A DNA stretch of 32,000 nucleotides from Cereibacter sphaeroides 2.4.1. Lineage in GTDB: Bacteria > Pseudomonadota > Alphaproteobacteria > Rhodobacterales > Rhodobacteraceae. A program made the translations under genes and the position numbers. The notes below the pieces were generated by a model. The model was given only the letters and a program-made list of their open reading frames with translations, was not told where the DNA came from and ran no database searches. The stretch is from NCBI RefSeq assembly GCF_000012905.2, contig NC_007494.2, positions 840,001 through 872,000 on the forward strand. The letters run 5' to 3'. Of the stretch, positions 23,421 through 32,000 are shown one piece after another (position 1 is the first letter of the stretch; each line of letters starts with the position of its first letter).

Positions 23421-24368
23421 ATGACCGCATCGAAACCCGGCCGCATCGCGGTCGTCGGCTCCAACATGGTCGATCTGGTGACCTACATCACCCGGATGCC
23501 CGCGCCCGGCGAGACGATCGAGGCGCCCGACTTCGAGATCGGCTGCGGCGGCAAGGGCGCCAATCAGGCGGTGGCCGCCGCAAAGCTCGGCAGCGCGGTC
23601 AGCATGGTGACGAAGGTCGGCGACGACATCTTCGGCGAGAACACCCGCCGCAACCTCGCCCAGCACGGCATCGACATCCGCCATGTGGAGACGGTGGCGG
23701 GCAAGTCCTCGGGCGTGGCGCCGATCTTCGTCGAGGCGTCGGGCGAGAATTCGATCCTGATCGTGAAGGGCGCGAATGCCGACCTTTTGCCCGCCGATGT
23801 GGATACGGCCGAAGAGACGCTGCGCGCGGCCGACCTGATCCTGATGCAGATGGAGGTCCCGCGCGAGACGGTGATCCATACCGTGCGGCGGGCGGCGGAA
23901 TGGGGCGTGCGCACCATCCTGAACCCCGCCCCGGCCGCGGCCGACCTGAATGTGGATGACCTGCGCGACCTGAGCTTCCTCGTGCCGAACGAGAGCGAGC
24001 TTGCGCTGATCTCGGGCCTGCCCACCGGCAGCGAGGAGGAGATCGCGGCCGCCGCCCTGAGCCTGATCGAGCGCGGCATCGGCACGGTGATCGTGACGCT
24101 GGGCGGGCGCGGCGCCCGGCTGGTGACCCGCGCGGGCGTGGTGCCCATCGCCCCGGTCCGGGTGACGCCCGTCGACACGACCGGCGCGGGCGATGCCTTC
24201 ATCGGCGCCTTCGCCCATTTCCTCGCCGCGACCGGCGAGGTGGAGGGCGCGCTGGCCCACGCCGCGCGCTATGCCGCCCATTCCGTGACGGGGCGCGGCA
24301 CCCAGAAATCCTACGCCACGCCGGAGGCCTTCGAGGCCTTCTGCCGCGCGCTCCCCCCATCCGCATGA
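23421..24368 (+). CDS. Ribokinase-family (PfkB) sugar kinase; deoxyribokinase by context
   Basis: 315 aa with the GGKGANQAVAAAKLG and DTTGAGDAFIGAF signature motifs. Confidence 0.9.
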   Translation: MTASKPGRIAVVGSNMVDLVTYITRMPAPGETIEAPDFEIGCGGKGANQAVAAAKLGSAVSMVTKVGDDIFGENTRRNLAQHGIDIRHVETVAGKSSGVAPIFVEASGENSILIVKGANADLLPADVDTAEETLRAADLILMQMEVPRETVIHTVRRAAEWGVRTILNPAPAAADLNVDDLRDLSFLVPNESELALISGLPTGSEEEIAAAALSLIERGIGTVIVTLGGRGARLVTRAGVVPIAPVRVTPVDTTGAGDAFIGAFAHFLAATGEVEGALAHAARYAAHSVTGRGTQKSYATPEAFEAFCRALPPSA

Positions 24369-25339
24369 AGGCCCACGCCATGCCCGACAGCCACCCCCGC
24401 AACCCCGGCACGCCCTTCGCCCCCGACTGGTTCGAGGAGATGCAGGTGAACCGCACCGCGGCCGAGCGCCGCGCGACCACGATCTCGGGCAGCCGCTCGG
24501 TCAAGAAGGATCATCAGGCCGCCTGGCTCCTGCGCGCGATCCAGTGCATCGACCTGACCACCCTGTCGGGCGACGACACGCCGGGCAAGGTGCGCCGTCT
24601 CTGCGCCAAGGCGCGCCAGCCCGTGCGGCCGGACCTCCTGGAGGCGATGGGCGTGGGCGACATCGGCCTGACCACGGGGGCAGTCTGCGTCTATCCGACG
24701 ATGGTGCCCCATGCGGTCGCGGCCCTTCAGGGCTCGGGCATTCCGGTGGCCTCGGTCGCCACGGGCTTTCCCGCCGGCCTGACGCCGCTGTCGCAGCGGC
24801 TGGCCGAGATCACCTATGCCGTCGAGGCGGGCGCCTCCGAGATCGACATCGTCATCACCCGCGAACATGTTCTGCTGGGCAACTGGCAGGCGCTCTACGA
24901 CGAGGTCGCGGCCATGCGGGCCGCCTGCGGCGAGGCGCACATGAAGGCGATCCTCGCCACGGGCGAGCTCGGCACGCTGACGAACGTCTACCGCGCCTCG
25001 ATGGTCGCGATGCAGGCGGGGTCCGACTTCATCAAGACCTCGACCGGCAAGGAGACCGAGAATGCCACCCTGCCCGTCTCGCTCACCATGCTGCGGGCGC
25101 TGAGGGACTATGGCGAGCGGACGGGCTATCGGATCGGCTTCAAGCCCGCCGGGGGCCTGCGCGCGGCCAAGGACGCGCTGGCTTGGCTCGCGCTGATGAA
25201 GGAGGAGCTGGGCCAGCCGTGGCTCAGGCCCGACCTCTTCCGCATCGGCGCCTCGACGCTGCTCGGCGACATCGAGCGGCAACTCGAGCACCACGTCACG
25301 GGGCGCTATGCCAGCGCCGACCACCACGCCCTGAGCTGA
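24365..25339 (+). CDS. deoC: Deoxyribose-phosphate aldolase, long (~320 aa) DERA-type
   Basis: ATGA overlap with the kinase stop. IDLTTLSGDDT, GAVCVYP, ASVATGFPAG, EIDIVI, SDFIKTSTGKE (Schiff-base Lys region) and FKPAGGLR. The N-terminal extension and overall sequence closely resemble animal DERA as I recall it. Confidence 0.9.
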   Translation: MKAHAMPDSHPRNPGTPFAPDWFEEMQVNRTAAERRATTISGSRSVKKDHQAAWLLRAIQCIDLTTLSGDDTPGKVRRLCAKARQPVRPDLLEAMGVGDIGLTTGAVCVYPTMVPHAVAALQGSGIPVASVATGFPAGLTPLSQRLAEITYAVEAGASEIDIVITREHVLLGNWQALYDEVAAMRAACGEAHMKAILATGELGTLTNVYRASMVAMQAGSDFIKTSTGKETENATLPVSLTMLRALRDYGERTGYRIGFKPAGGLRAAKDALAWLALMKEELGQPWLRPDLFRIGASTLLGDIERQLEHHVTGRYASADHHALS

Positions 25340-25350
25340 AGGCCTGAGAC

Positions 25351-27726
25351 ATGAGCATCAAGGACATCATGGAAAGCATGGATTACGGCCCTGCGCCCGA
25401 GGCCGCGACGGATGCGAAGGCCTGGCTGGCGGCGCGCGGCCATGCTCTCGGACATTACATCGACGGCGCCTTCACAGGCGCCGAGACGGCCGCCATCGAG
25501 GTCGAGAACCCGGCCACGGGCGAGATCCTCGCCCGGATCCCCGCGGCGGGTGAGGCCGAGATCGAGGCCGCCGTGGCGGCGGCCCGCGCGGCCTTCTCCG
25601 GCTGGTCGCAGCTTCCGGGCTTCGAGCGGGCGCGCTACCTCTATGCCATCGCCCGCGGCCTGCAGAAGCGCGAGCGGTTCTTCTCGGTCATCGAGACGCT
25701 CGACAACGGCAAGGCCATCCGCGAGACCCGCACCGCCGACGTGCCGCTCGCCATCCGCCACTTCTACCACCATGCGGGCTGGGCCGCGGTGCTGGGCGAG
25801 GAGTTTCCGGGCCACGAGCCGCTCGGCGTCTGCGGTCAGGTGATCCCCTGGAACTTCCCGATGCTGATGCTGGCGTGGAAGATCGCGCCGGCGCTGGCGG
25901 CGGGCAACACGGTGGTGCTGAAGCCCGCCGATCTCACGCCGCTGACCGCGGTGGCCTTCGCCGAGATGCTGGAGGAGATCGGCCTGCCCAGGGGCGTGGT
26001 CAACATCGTCCATGGCGGGGCCGAGACCGGCGCGCTTCTCGTCCGCCATCCGGGCGTGGCGAAGGTGGCCTTCACCGGCTCGACCGCCGTCGGCCGCGAG
26101 ATCCGGCGCGCGACGGCCGGCAGCGGCAAGAGCCTGACGCTCGAACTCGGCGGCAAGTCGCCCTTCGTGGTCTGCGCCGATGCCGATCTCGATGCGGCCG
26201 TCGAAGGGGTGGTGGAGGGCGTCTGGTTCAACCAGGGCGAGGTCTGCTGCGCGGGCTCGCGGCTTCTGCTGCAGGAGGGGATCGCCGAGCGATTCCTCGC
26301 CAAGCTCCGGGCGCGGATGGAGAAGATCCGCGTGGGCGACCCGCTCGACAAATCCACCGACATGGGCGCCATCGTCTCGGCGCGCCAGAAGGCCCGGATC
26401 GAGGAGCTGATCGCGGGCGCGGCGCGCGAGGGCTACCGGCTCGAGCAGGCGGCCTGCCCGCTGCCCGCGGCGGGCCATTTCGTGGCGCCCGGCTTCTTCG
26501 CCGACACCGAGCCCGCGGCCACCGTCGCGCAGGTCGAGATCTTCGGCCCGATCGCGGTCACGACCACCTTCCGCACCGTCGACGAGGCGGTGGCGCTGGC
26601 CAACAACACGCCCTACGGGCTTGCGGCCTCGGTCTGGTCCGAGAATATCAATGCCGCGACCGAGCTTGCCGCGCGGATCCGCGCGGGCGTGGTCTGGATC
26701 AACGCCTCGAACCTCTTCGATGCGGGCGCGCCCTTCGGCGGCATGAAGGAGAGCGGCTTCGGGCGCGAGGGCGCGCGCGAGGGTCTCGGCGCCTATCTGC
26801 GCCCGCGCACGCCGCGCGGCCCCGAGGCGCTGGTGGCGCCCGTGGATTTCACCGCCCATACCGGCACGGGCGGCAGCCTGACCGGACTGATCGACCGCAC
26901 GATGAAGAACTACATCGGCGGCGCGCAGGTCCGGCCCGACGGCGGCGCGAGCTATGTGGTGCGCGGGCCGAAGGGCGAGGCCCTGGGCCTCGCGCCCGTG
27001 TCGGGGCGCAAGGACATCCGCAACGCCGTCGAGGCCGCGCTGAAGGCCAAGGGCTGGGCCGCCAGCGCCCATGGCCGGGCGCAGGTGCTGTTCTTCCTTG
27101 CCGAGAACATCGCCGCCCGCGCCGAGGATCTTGCGGCGGCCCTCGTGCAGGGCGGCGCCGGCAGATCCGAGGCCGCAGCGGAGGTGCGCAGCCTCATCGA
27201 GCGGGTGTTCTTCTATGCCGGCATGGCCGACAAGGACGATGGCCGCATCCATGCGACGAAGCCGCGCCACCTGACGCTCTCGGTGAAGGAGCCGCTGGGG
27301 GTGGTGGGGGTGCTTGCGCCCGACGAGGCGCCGCTCCTGTCGCTCATGTCGCTGATCCTGCCGCTGATCGCTGCGGGCAACCGCGTGGTGGCGGTGCCCT
27401 CGCCCGCGCAGGCGCTGCTGGCGCAGCCGCTCACCCAGATCTTCGACACGTCGGATCTGCCCGGGGGCGTGGTGAACCTCGTCACCGGCGACCGCGACCT
27501 CCTCGCCCGGACGCTCGCCGAGCACGATGCGGTGGACGGGCTCTGGTATCACGGATCGGCCAAGGGAGCGGCGGAGGTCGAGGCGCTGTCGGCGGGCAAC
27601 CTGAAGCAGGTCTGGACGAACGGCGGGCGCGCGCTCGACTGGAACGCGGATGCCGTGGCCTGCGGGCGGAGCTGGCTCGACCGGGCGACCCAGATCAAGA
27701 CGATCTGGGTGCCCTACGGCGCCTGA
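25351..27726 (+). CDS. Aldehyde dehydrogenase fused to a degenerate partial second ALDH-like domain (791 aa)
   Basis: Domain 1 has all the ALDH motifs: VIPWNFP, FTGSTAVG, ELGGKSP, GEVCCAGSR, EIFGPI and PFGGMKESGFGRE. Domain 2 (from about 26900) keeps EPLGVVGVL, AAGNRVVAVPSP and PGGVVNLVTG. However, it reads TNGGR where ELGGK is expected and lacks the Cys-containing segment. Confidence 0.9.
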   Translation: MSIKDIMESMDYGPAPEAATDAKAWLAARGHALGHYIDGAFTGAETAAIEVENPATGEILARIPAAGEAEIEAAVAAARAAFSGWSQLPGFERARYLYAIARGLQKRERFFSVIETLDNGKAIRETRTADVPLAIRHFYHHAGWAAVLGEEFPGHEPLGVCGQVIPWNFPMLMLAWKIAPALAAGNTVVLKPADLTPLTAVAFAEMLEEIGLPRGVVNIVHGGAETGALLVRHPGVAKVAFTGSTAVGREIRRATAGSGKSLTLELGGKSPFVVCADADLDAAVEGVVEGVWFNQGEVCCAGSRLLLQEGIAERFLAKLRARMEKIRVGDPLDKSTDMGAIVSARQKARIEELIAGAAREGYRLEQAACPLPAAGHFVAPGFFADTEPAATVAQVEIFGPIAVTTTFRTVDEAVALANNTPYGLAASVWSENINAATELAARIRAGVVWINASNLFDAGAPFGGMKESGFGREGAREGLGAYLRPRTPRGPEALVAPVDFTAHTGTGGSLTGLIDRTMKNYIGGAQVRPDGGASYVVRGPKGEALGLAPVSGRKDIRNAVEAALKAKGWAASAHGRAQVLFFLAENIAARAEDLAAALVQGGAGRSEAAAEVRSLIERVFFYAGMADKDDGRIHATKPRHLTLSVKEPLGVVGVLAPDEAPLLSLMSLILPLIAAGNRVVAVPSPAQALLAQPLTQIFDTSDLPGGVVNLVTGDRDLLARTLAEHDAVDGLWYHGSAKGAAEVEALSAGNLKQVWTNGGRALDWNADAVACGRSWLDRATQIKTIWVPYGA

Positions 27727-27732
27727 CCCGGA

Positions 27733-27760
27733 GCGGAGGCGAGGAAAGCCCCGCCTCCGC
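27733..27760 (+). terminator. Hairpin directly after the ALDH stop
   Basis: GCGGAGGCG-N10-CGCCTCCGC: a 9-bp stem, 7 nt after the TGA. No U-tract. Confidence 0.4.
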
Positions 27761-27855
27761 CGCGGCCCCCGCAGGCGCGTGTCCCGGCCGGGTCGAGAGG
27801 CCCTCGTGCGGCAGGAGAGCACGGGGCACGCGAAGGGTCTTATGCCGCAAAGCGA

Positions 27856-27881
27856 AAGGGCCGGCCCGAAGGCCGGCCCTT
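27856..27881 (-). terminator. Terminator hairpin of the minus-strand ABC/ureohydrolase operon
   Basis: AAGGGCCGGCC-cgaa-GGCCGGCCCTT: an 11-bp stem, 22 nt downstream of the stop at 27903. It is followed on the minus strand by TCGCTTTGCGG. Confidence 0.5.
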
Positions 27882-27902
27882 CCCGACATGGCGGGCCGTG
27901 CC

Positions 27903-28694
27903 TCAGTCGGCGAGGCTGCGGATCGGGTCGGCCGGCGCGGGCGAATAGCCCACGAGCTCGGAGGTCAGCTTGGCATAGGTGCCGTCGGCGATCATCTCGC
28001 CCAGCGCCTTGTTGATGGCGGCGGTCAGGTGCGGCTTGCCCTTCTTGATCGCGAAGCCCTTCTGGATCGTGCTCACCGGCTCGTCGAGCATCTTCAGCGG
28101 CAGGTTCGAGTTCTTGATCGCATAGCCCGCGGCCACCGCGTCGGTGATGATCGCATCGACATTGCCGTTGGCCAGATCCTGCATCGCATCGGACTCGGCC
28201 TTGTAGGCCTTGACCTCGCCGCCCAGCTCTTCGGCGATCTTGGTCCAGTTCGAGGCCACAAGCCCGCCCACCGGACGGCCCTTCAGATCGGCCGGCGCCG
28301 CGATGTCGCTGTCGGTGCGCACCACCACGCGGCCGCCGGATTCCAGCCAGCCATCGGCGAAGGTGACCTTCTGCTGCCGTTCCTCGGTGATGTCCATGGC
28401 GACGCTGATGACGTCATATTGATCGGCCTCGAGCCCGATCAGCACGCTTTCCCATTTCACCAGCACCGGCACATATTCGAGGTTCAGCCGCTTGGCCACC
28501 TCCCCCATCACGCGGATCTCGAGCCCGTCGAGTTCGCCGTCGGGGGCGCGCATCGAGAAGGGCGGATAGGTGCCCTCGGTCGCGGCGCTGAGCTGGCCGG
28601 GAACGAGGAGTTCCAGCTCGTCGGCGGCCCAGGCGGCCGGGGCGAAGGTCTGGAGGGCAAGGACGGCGCCGAGCGCCAGGGCTTTCAGGGTCAT
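27903..28694 (-). CDS. Polar amino acid-type ABC transporter substrate-binding protein (SBP family 3)
   Basis: 263 aa with signal peptide MTLKALALGAVLALQTFAPAAWA and a typical family 3 pattern (GTYPPF, DGELDGLEIRV, YDVISVAMDIT). Confidence 0.9.
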   Translation of the reverse strand: MTLKALALGAVLALQTFAPAAWAADELELLVPGQLSAATEGTYPPFSMRAPDGELDGLEIRVMGEVAKRLNLEYVPVLVKWESVLIGLEADQYDVISVAMDITEERQQKVTFADGWLESGGRVVVRTDSDIAAPADLKGRPVGGLVASNWTKIAEELGGEVKAYKAESDAMQDLANGNVDAIITDAVAAGYAIKNSNLPLKMLDEPVSTIQKGFAIKKGKPHLTAAINKALGEMIADGTYAKLTSELVGYSPAPADPIRSLAD

Positions 28695-28721
28695 GATCTA
28701 TTCTCTCTGTTGGGACGCTGC

Positions 28722-29684
28722 TTATCGTGACCGCTCGCGGACCCGCGCCTCGGCGAGGATCGCCAGAAGCTCGGCCATGACGGTGGCCCCGAGCAGGGCG
28801 GTGATCTGGCCCGGACCGTCATAGGAAGGATTGAGCTCGACCACGTCGCAGCCGACGAGGTTGAGGCCCTGGAGGCTGCGCAGCAGCGAGAGCGTCTCGC
28901 GCGCGGTGGGGCCGCCGCACTCGGGCGTCTCGACGCCGGGCGCATAGGCGGGATCCACGAAATCGAGATCGAAGCTCAGGAAGGCCGGGTGACCTGCGCT
29001 GCGCGCGGCGATCCGGCGGGCGGTCTCGGGCAGTCCCAGCGCGAACATCTCGTCGCAGGTGATGACCTCGAGGCCGAGATCGACCGACTGGCTGACATCG
29101 GCCGGCTGGAACAGCGAGCCGCGCATCCCCACCTGGATCGAGCGGGCGGGATCGACGATGCCCTCCTCGATGGCCCGGCGGAACATGGTGCCGGCGCTGT
29201 AGCGCTTGCCGTCGAAGTAGCTGTCCCAGGTGTCGGTGTGGCTGTCGAAATGCACGAGGCCGAGCGGCCCGTGACGCTTGGCCACCGCCCGGAGACCGGC
29301 GAGCGAGACCGAGTGGTCGCCCCCGATGCCGAAGGGCACGGCGCCGGCCTCGACCACCGCGTCGAGCGCCCGTTCGAGCGCGGCGAGGCTCTCGATCTCG
29401 TAGCCCGGCACGCAGGTCGCGTCGCCCGCATCGGCCACGCGCAGGACCTCGAAGATGTTGATGTGGCCGCGGTAGGGGTTGATCGGGCGCAGCATCACCG
29501 ACATGGCGCGCAGCGCGTTCGGCGCGAAGCGCGCGCCGGTGCGGAAGGGCGCGCCCGAATCCGAGGGCAGGCCGACGATGGCGGCGTCGAGCCCCTGAAG
29601 CTCCGTGGCCATGGGCAGGCGCATGAAGCTCGGCAGGCCGACGAAGCGGGGGGTGGAGAGCGAATCGGTGGGCAGGACGGACAT
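28722..29684 (-). CDS. Arginase/agmatinase-family ureohydrolase (agmatinase / guanidino-acid hydrolase-like)
   Basis: 320 aa with the Mn-binding motifs GGDHSVSL, HFDSHTDTW and SFDLDFVDPAYAPG. Confidence 0.9.
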   Translation of the reverse strand: MSVLPTDSLSTPRFVGLPSFMRLPMATELQGLDAAIVGLPSDSGAPFRTGARFAPNALRAMSVMLRPINPYRGHINIFEVLRVADAGDATCVPGYEIESLAALERALDAVVEAGAVPFGIGGDHSVSLAGLRAVAKRHGPLGLVHFDSHTDTWDSYFDGKRYSAGTMFRRAIEEGIVDPARSIQVGMRGSLFQPADVSQSVDLGLEVITCDEMFALGLPETARRIAARSAGHPAFLSFDLDFVDPAYAPGVETPECGGPTARETLSLLRSLQGLNLVGCDVVELNPSYDGPGQITALLGATVMAELLAILAEARVRERSR

Positions 29685-29687
29685 GGG

Positions 29688-30343
29688 TCAGCTCAGCCTT
29701 GCGTAGCGCCGCTCGGCCCAGTTCGCGATCTGGGTGAGCACCGTGGTGAGGACAAGATAGATGACGGCCACGGCGATGTAGAAGTCGAAGGGCCGGAAGG
29801 TCGCCGAGATCAGGGTCTGGGCATAGAGCGTGAGCTCGACCACCGTGATCGTGGACAGAAGCGACGTGTTCTTCAGCGTCGAGATCGCCTCGTTGGTGAT
29901 CGAGGGCAGGATGATGCGGAAGACCTGCGGCAGCACGATGGTACGCATGGTCTGGCTCTGGCTGAAGCCCAGCGCCAGCGCGCTCTCGGTCTGGCCGCGG
30001 TGGATGGCCGAGAGGCCCGAGCGGACGATCTCGGCCACATAGGCGCCCGAGTTGATGCCGAGCGCGATGACGCCCGCGGTGAAGGGCGACAGGCGCAGGC
30101 CGAGCTGCGGCAGGCCGAAATAGATGATGAAGATCTGGATGAGGGCGGGCGTGCCGCGGATGAACCAGATGTAGAAGGCGGCGGCGCCGCGCACGAGACG
30201 CAGCTCGGACCGCTGGGCGAGCGCGGCCAGCAGGCCGCAGGCCCAGCTCACGAGGATGGTGAGCAGCGTCAGCCACAGGACGAGCCAGGCGGCCTTGAGA
30301 AAGCCCGGTCCGTAGGCCGCGATATCCTGGAGAAGAGAGCCGT

Positions 30344-30347
<4 letters not shown>
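29688..30347 (-). CDS. Amino acid ABC transporter permease (His/Glu/Gln/Arg/opine family)
   Basis: 219 aa, about 5 TM helices, with an EAA-loop-like sequence ESALALGFSQSQTMRTIVLPQ. Confidence 0.9.
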
Positions 30348-31140
<793 letters not shown>

Positions 31141-31144
<4 letters not shown>

Positions 31145-31755
31145 GCCTCTTCTCCCTCTGCATGGAGGATGACCTCGATGTCGCGCGGCGTGCGCGCGCT
31201 GCCGTTGATCGGCGTCACATCCTGCGGGCAGGCCGAGAGCACGAGGAGGAGATCCATCTCGGCGCGCAGGGTCACCCGGTCGCCCGGCTGGCTGCGCGGC
31301 GGCAACCGGTCGAGGCTGCCGTCGAAGGCCACCGGCACGTTCATGAACAGGTTGAGCGAGGCGGGCGTGAAGGGCAGCGACAGACCGTGCGCGGCGATCG
31401 CCTCGTGGAAGTTCTCGGTGCAGCTGCGGTGGTGCCCCGTGCAGCCGAGTTCGCGGTAGATCTCGGCGCTGCAGGGGCAGAGCAGCGTGTCGTGGTGACC
31501 CGGCGTCGTGTCATCGATCATGGTCAGCATCGGTCGGCGGCGGACGGACATCACCCGCTGACCTGCCTCGAAGAACAGATTGCTGTTCACCGAGCGCGTA
31601 TGTTCCATCGCCGAATGGTCAAAGGGATCGTCGAGCGCCAGCGCCCAGGTATCGACGACCTGCGTCCCGTGCGGGTTGCGGATGGTGGCGCACTGGCCTG
31701 CCCGCACCGCATAGGCTGCGCCTCGGGCGGCGGGAAGAATGTGGCTTTCGCGCAT
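31141..31755 (-). CDS. DUF1989 / urea-carboxylase-associated family protein
   Basis: Track ORF 31141-31782. I prefer the ATG at 31755 (MRESHILPAARGAAYAVRAGQ...). The pattern G..V.D.W...DP..H.SM.HTR plus the Cys/His cluster HHDTLLCPCSAEIYRELGCTGHHRSC is typical of the family as I recall it. Confidence 0.8.
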
Positions 31756-31831
31756 CGGGCAGTCCTTTCGGAAGGTCGGCAAGGCTCATGCAGACGGTGG
31801 TGGGGGGAAGCGGTCGCCATGGAAACGCAAA

Positions 31832-31999
31832 TTCAGTATACCACTGGCATTCGGAACCGTCTTTTACGAACCTGTCAAGAAAGATGCAGAGTTCGCGCAC
31901 CGGTGCTGCACGATCGGGCAGGTCCGTGCCCGCCTCGGGTGCCGGCGAGTCCCGGCAACGCAAGCCTTGCCGAACGCGGAATACGCTCGGTATACTGAA
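31832..31999. promoter_or_regulatory. 11-nt inverted repeat pair TTCAGTATACC ... GGTATACTGAA upstream of the DUF1989 operon
   Basis: Copies at 31832-31842 and 31989-31999, each containing the GTATAC palindrome. The first copy is embedded in CAGTATACCACTG, about 77 nt upstream of the ATG at 31755. The region is AT-richer than its surroundings. The second copy touches the window edge. Confidence 0.3.
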
Positions 32000-32000
32000 A

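Overview
Very GC-rich segment with strong third-codon G/C bias. It looks like alphaproteobacterial (Rhodobacterales-like) chromosome, but that is inference only. I can support about 27 protein-coding genes. I saw no rRNA, tRNA, CRISPR array, transposase or integrase.

Gene order, left to right:
1. A GMC flavoprotein oxidoreductase plus a Tat-signal partner (minus strand, 1-1887).
2. A compact envelope-glycan decoration module (2212-8647): a Wzx-like flippase, a GT4 glycosyltransferase flanked by two inverted paralogs of a PRTase-like + HAD-like two-domain protein, and an acyltransferase-3.
3. An orphan DUF4118/HisKA_2 histidine kinase (8824-9900).
4. A translationally coupled pair of atypical dynamin-like GTPases (10184-13869). 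The second has a ~280-aa acidic, proline-rich disordered region.
5. Housekeeping-type azoR, a small hypothetical gene and yghU.
6. A DeoR-regulated cluster I read as 2-deoxyribose uptake and catabolism (16813-27726): LsrB/RbsB-like ABC importer, mutarotase-like protein, ribokinase-family kinase, long-form deoC, and a 791-aa aldehyde dehydrogenase with a degenerate second ALDH half.
7. A minus-strand operon (27903-31755) joining a polar amino-acid-type ABC transporter with an agmatinase-family ureohydrolase and a DUF1989 protein.

The best candidate for an undescribed system is the dynamin-like GTPase pair and its upstream AT-rich repeat. The next best is the PRTase-HAD glycan module. All functional calls come from motif recognition by eye, with no database search. 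Many long alternate-frame ORFs in the supplied track are GC artefacts.
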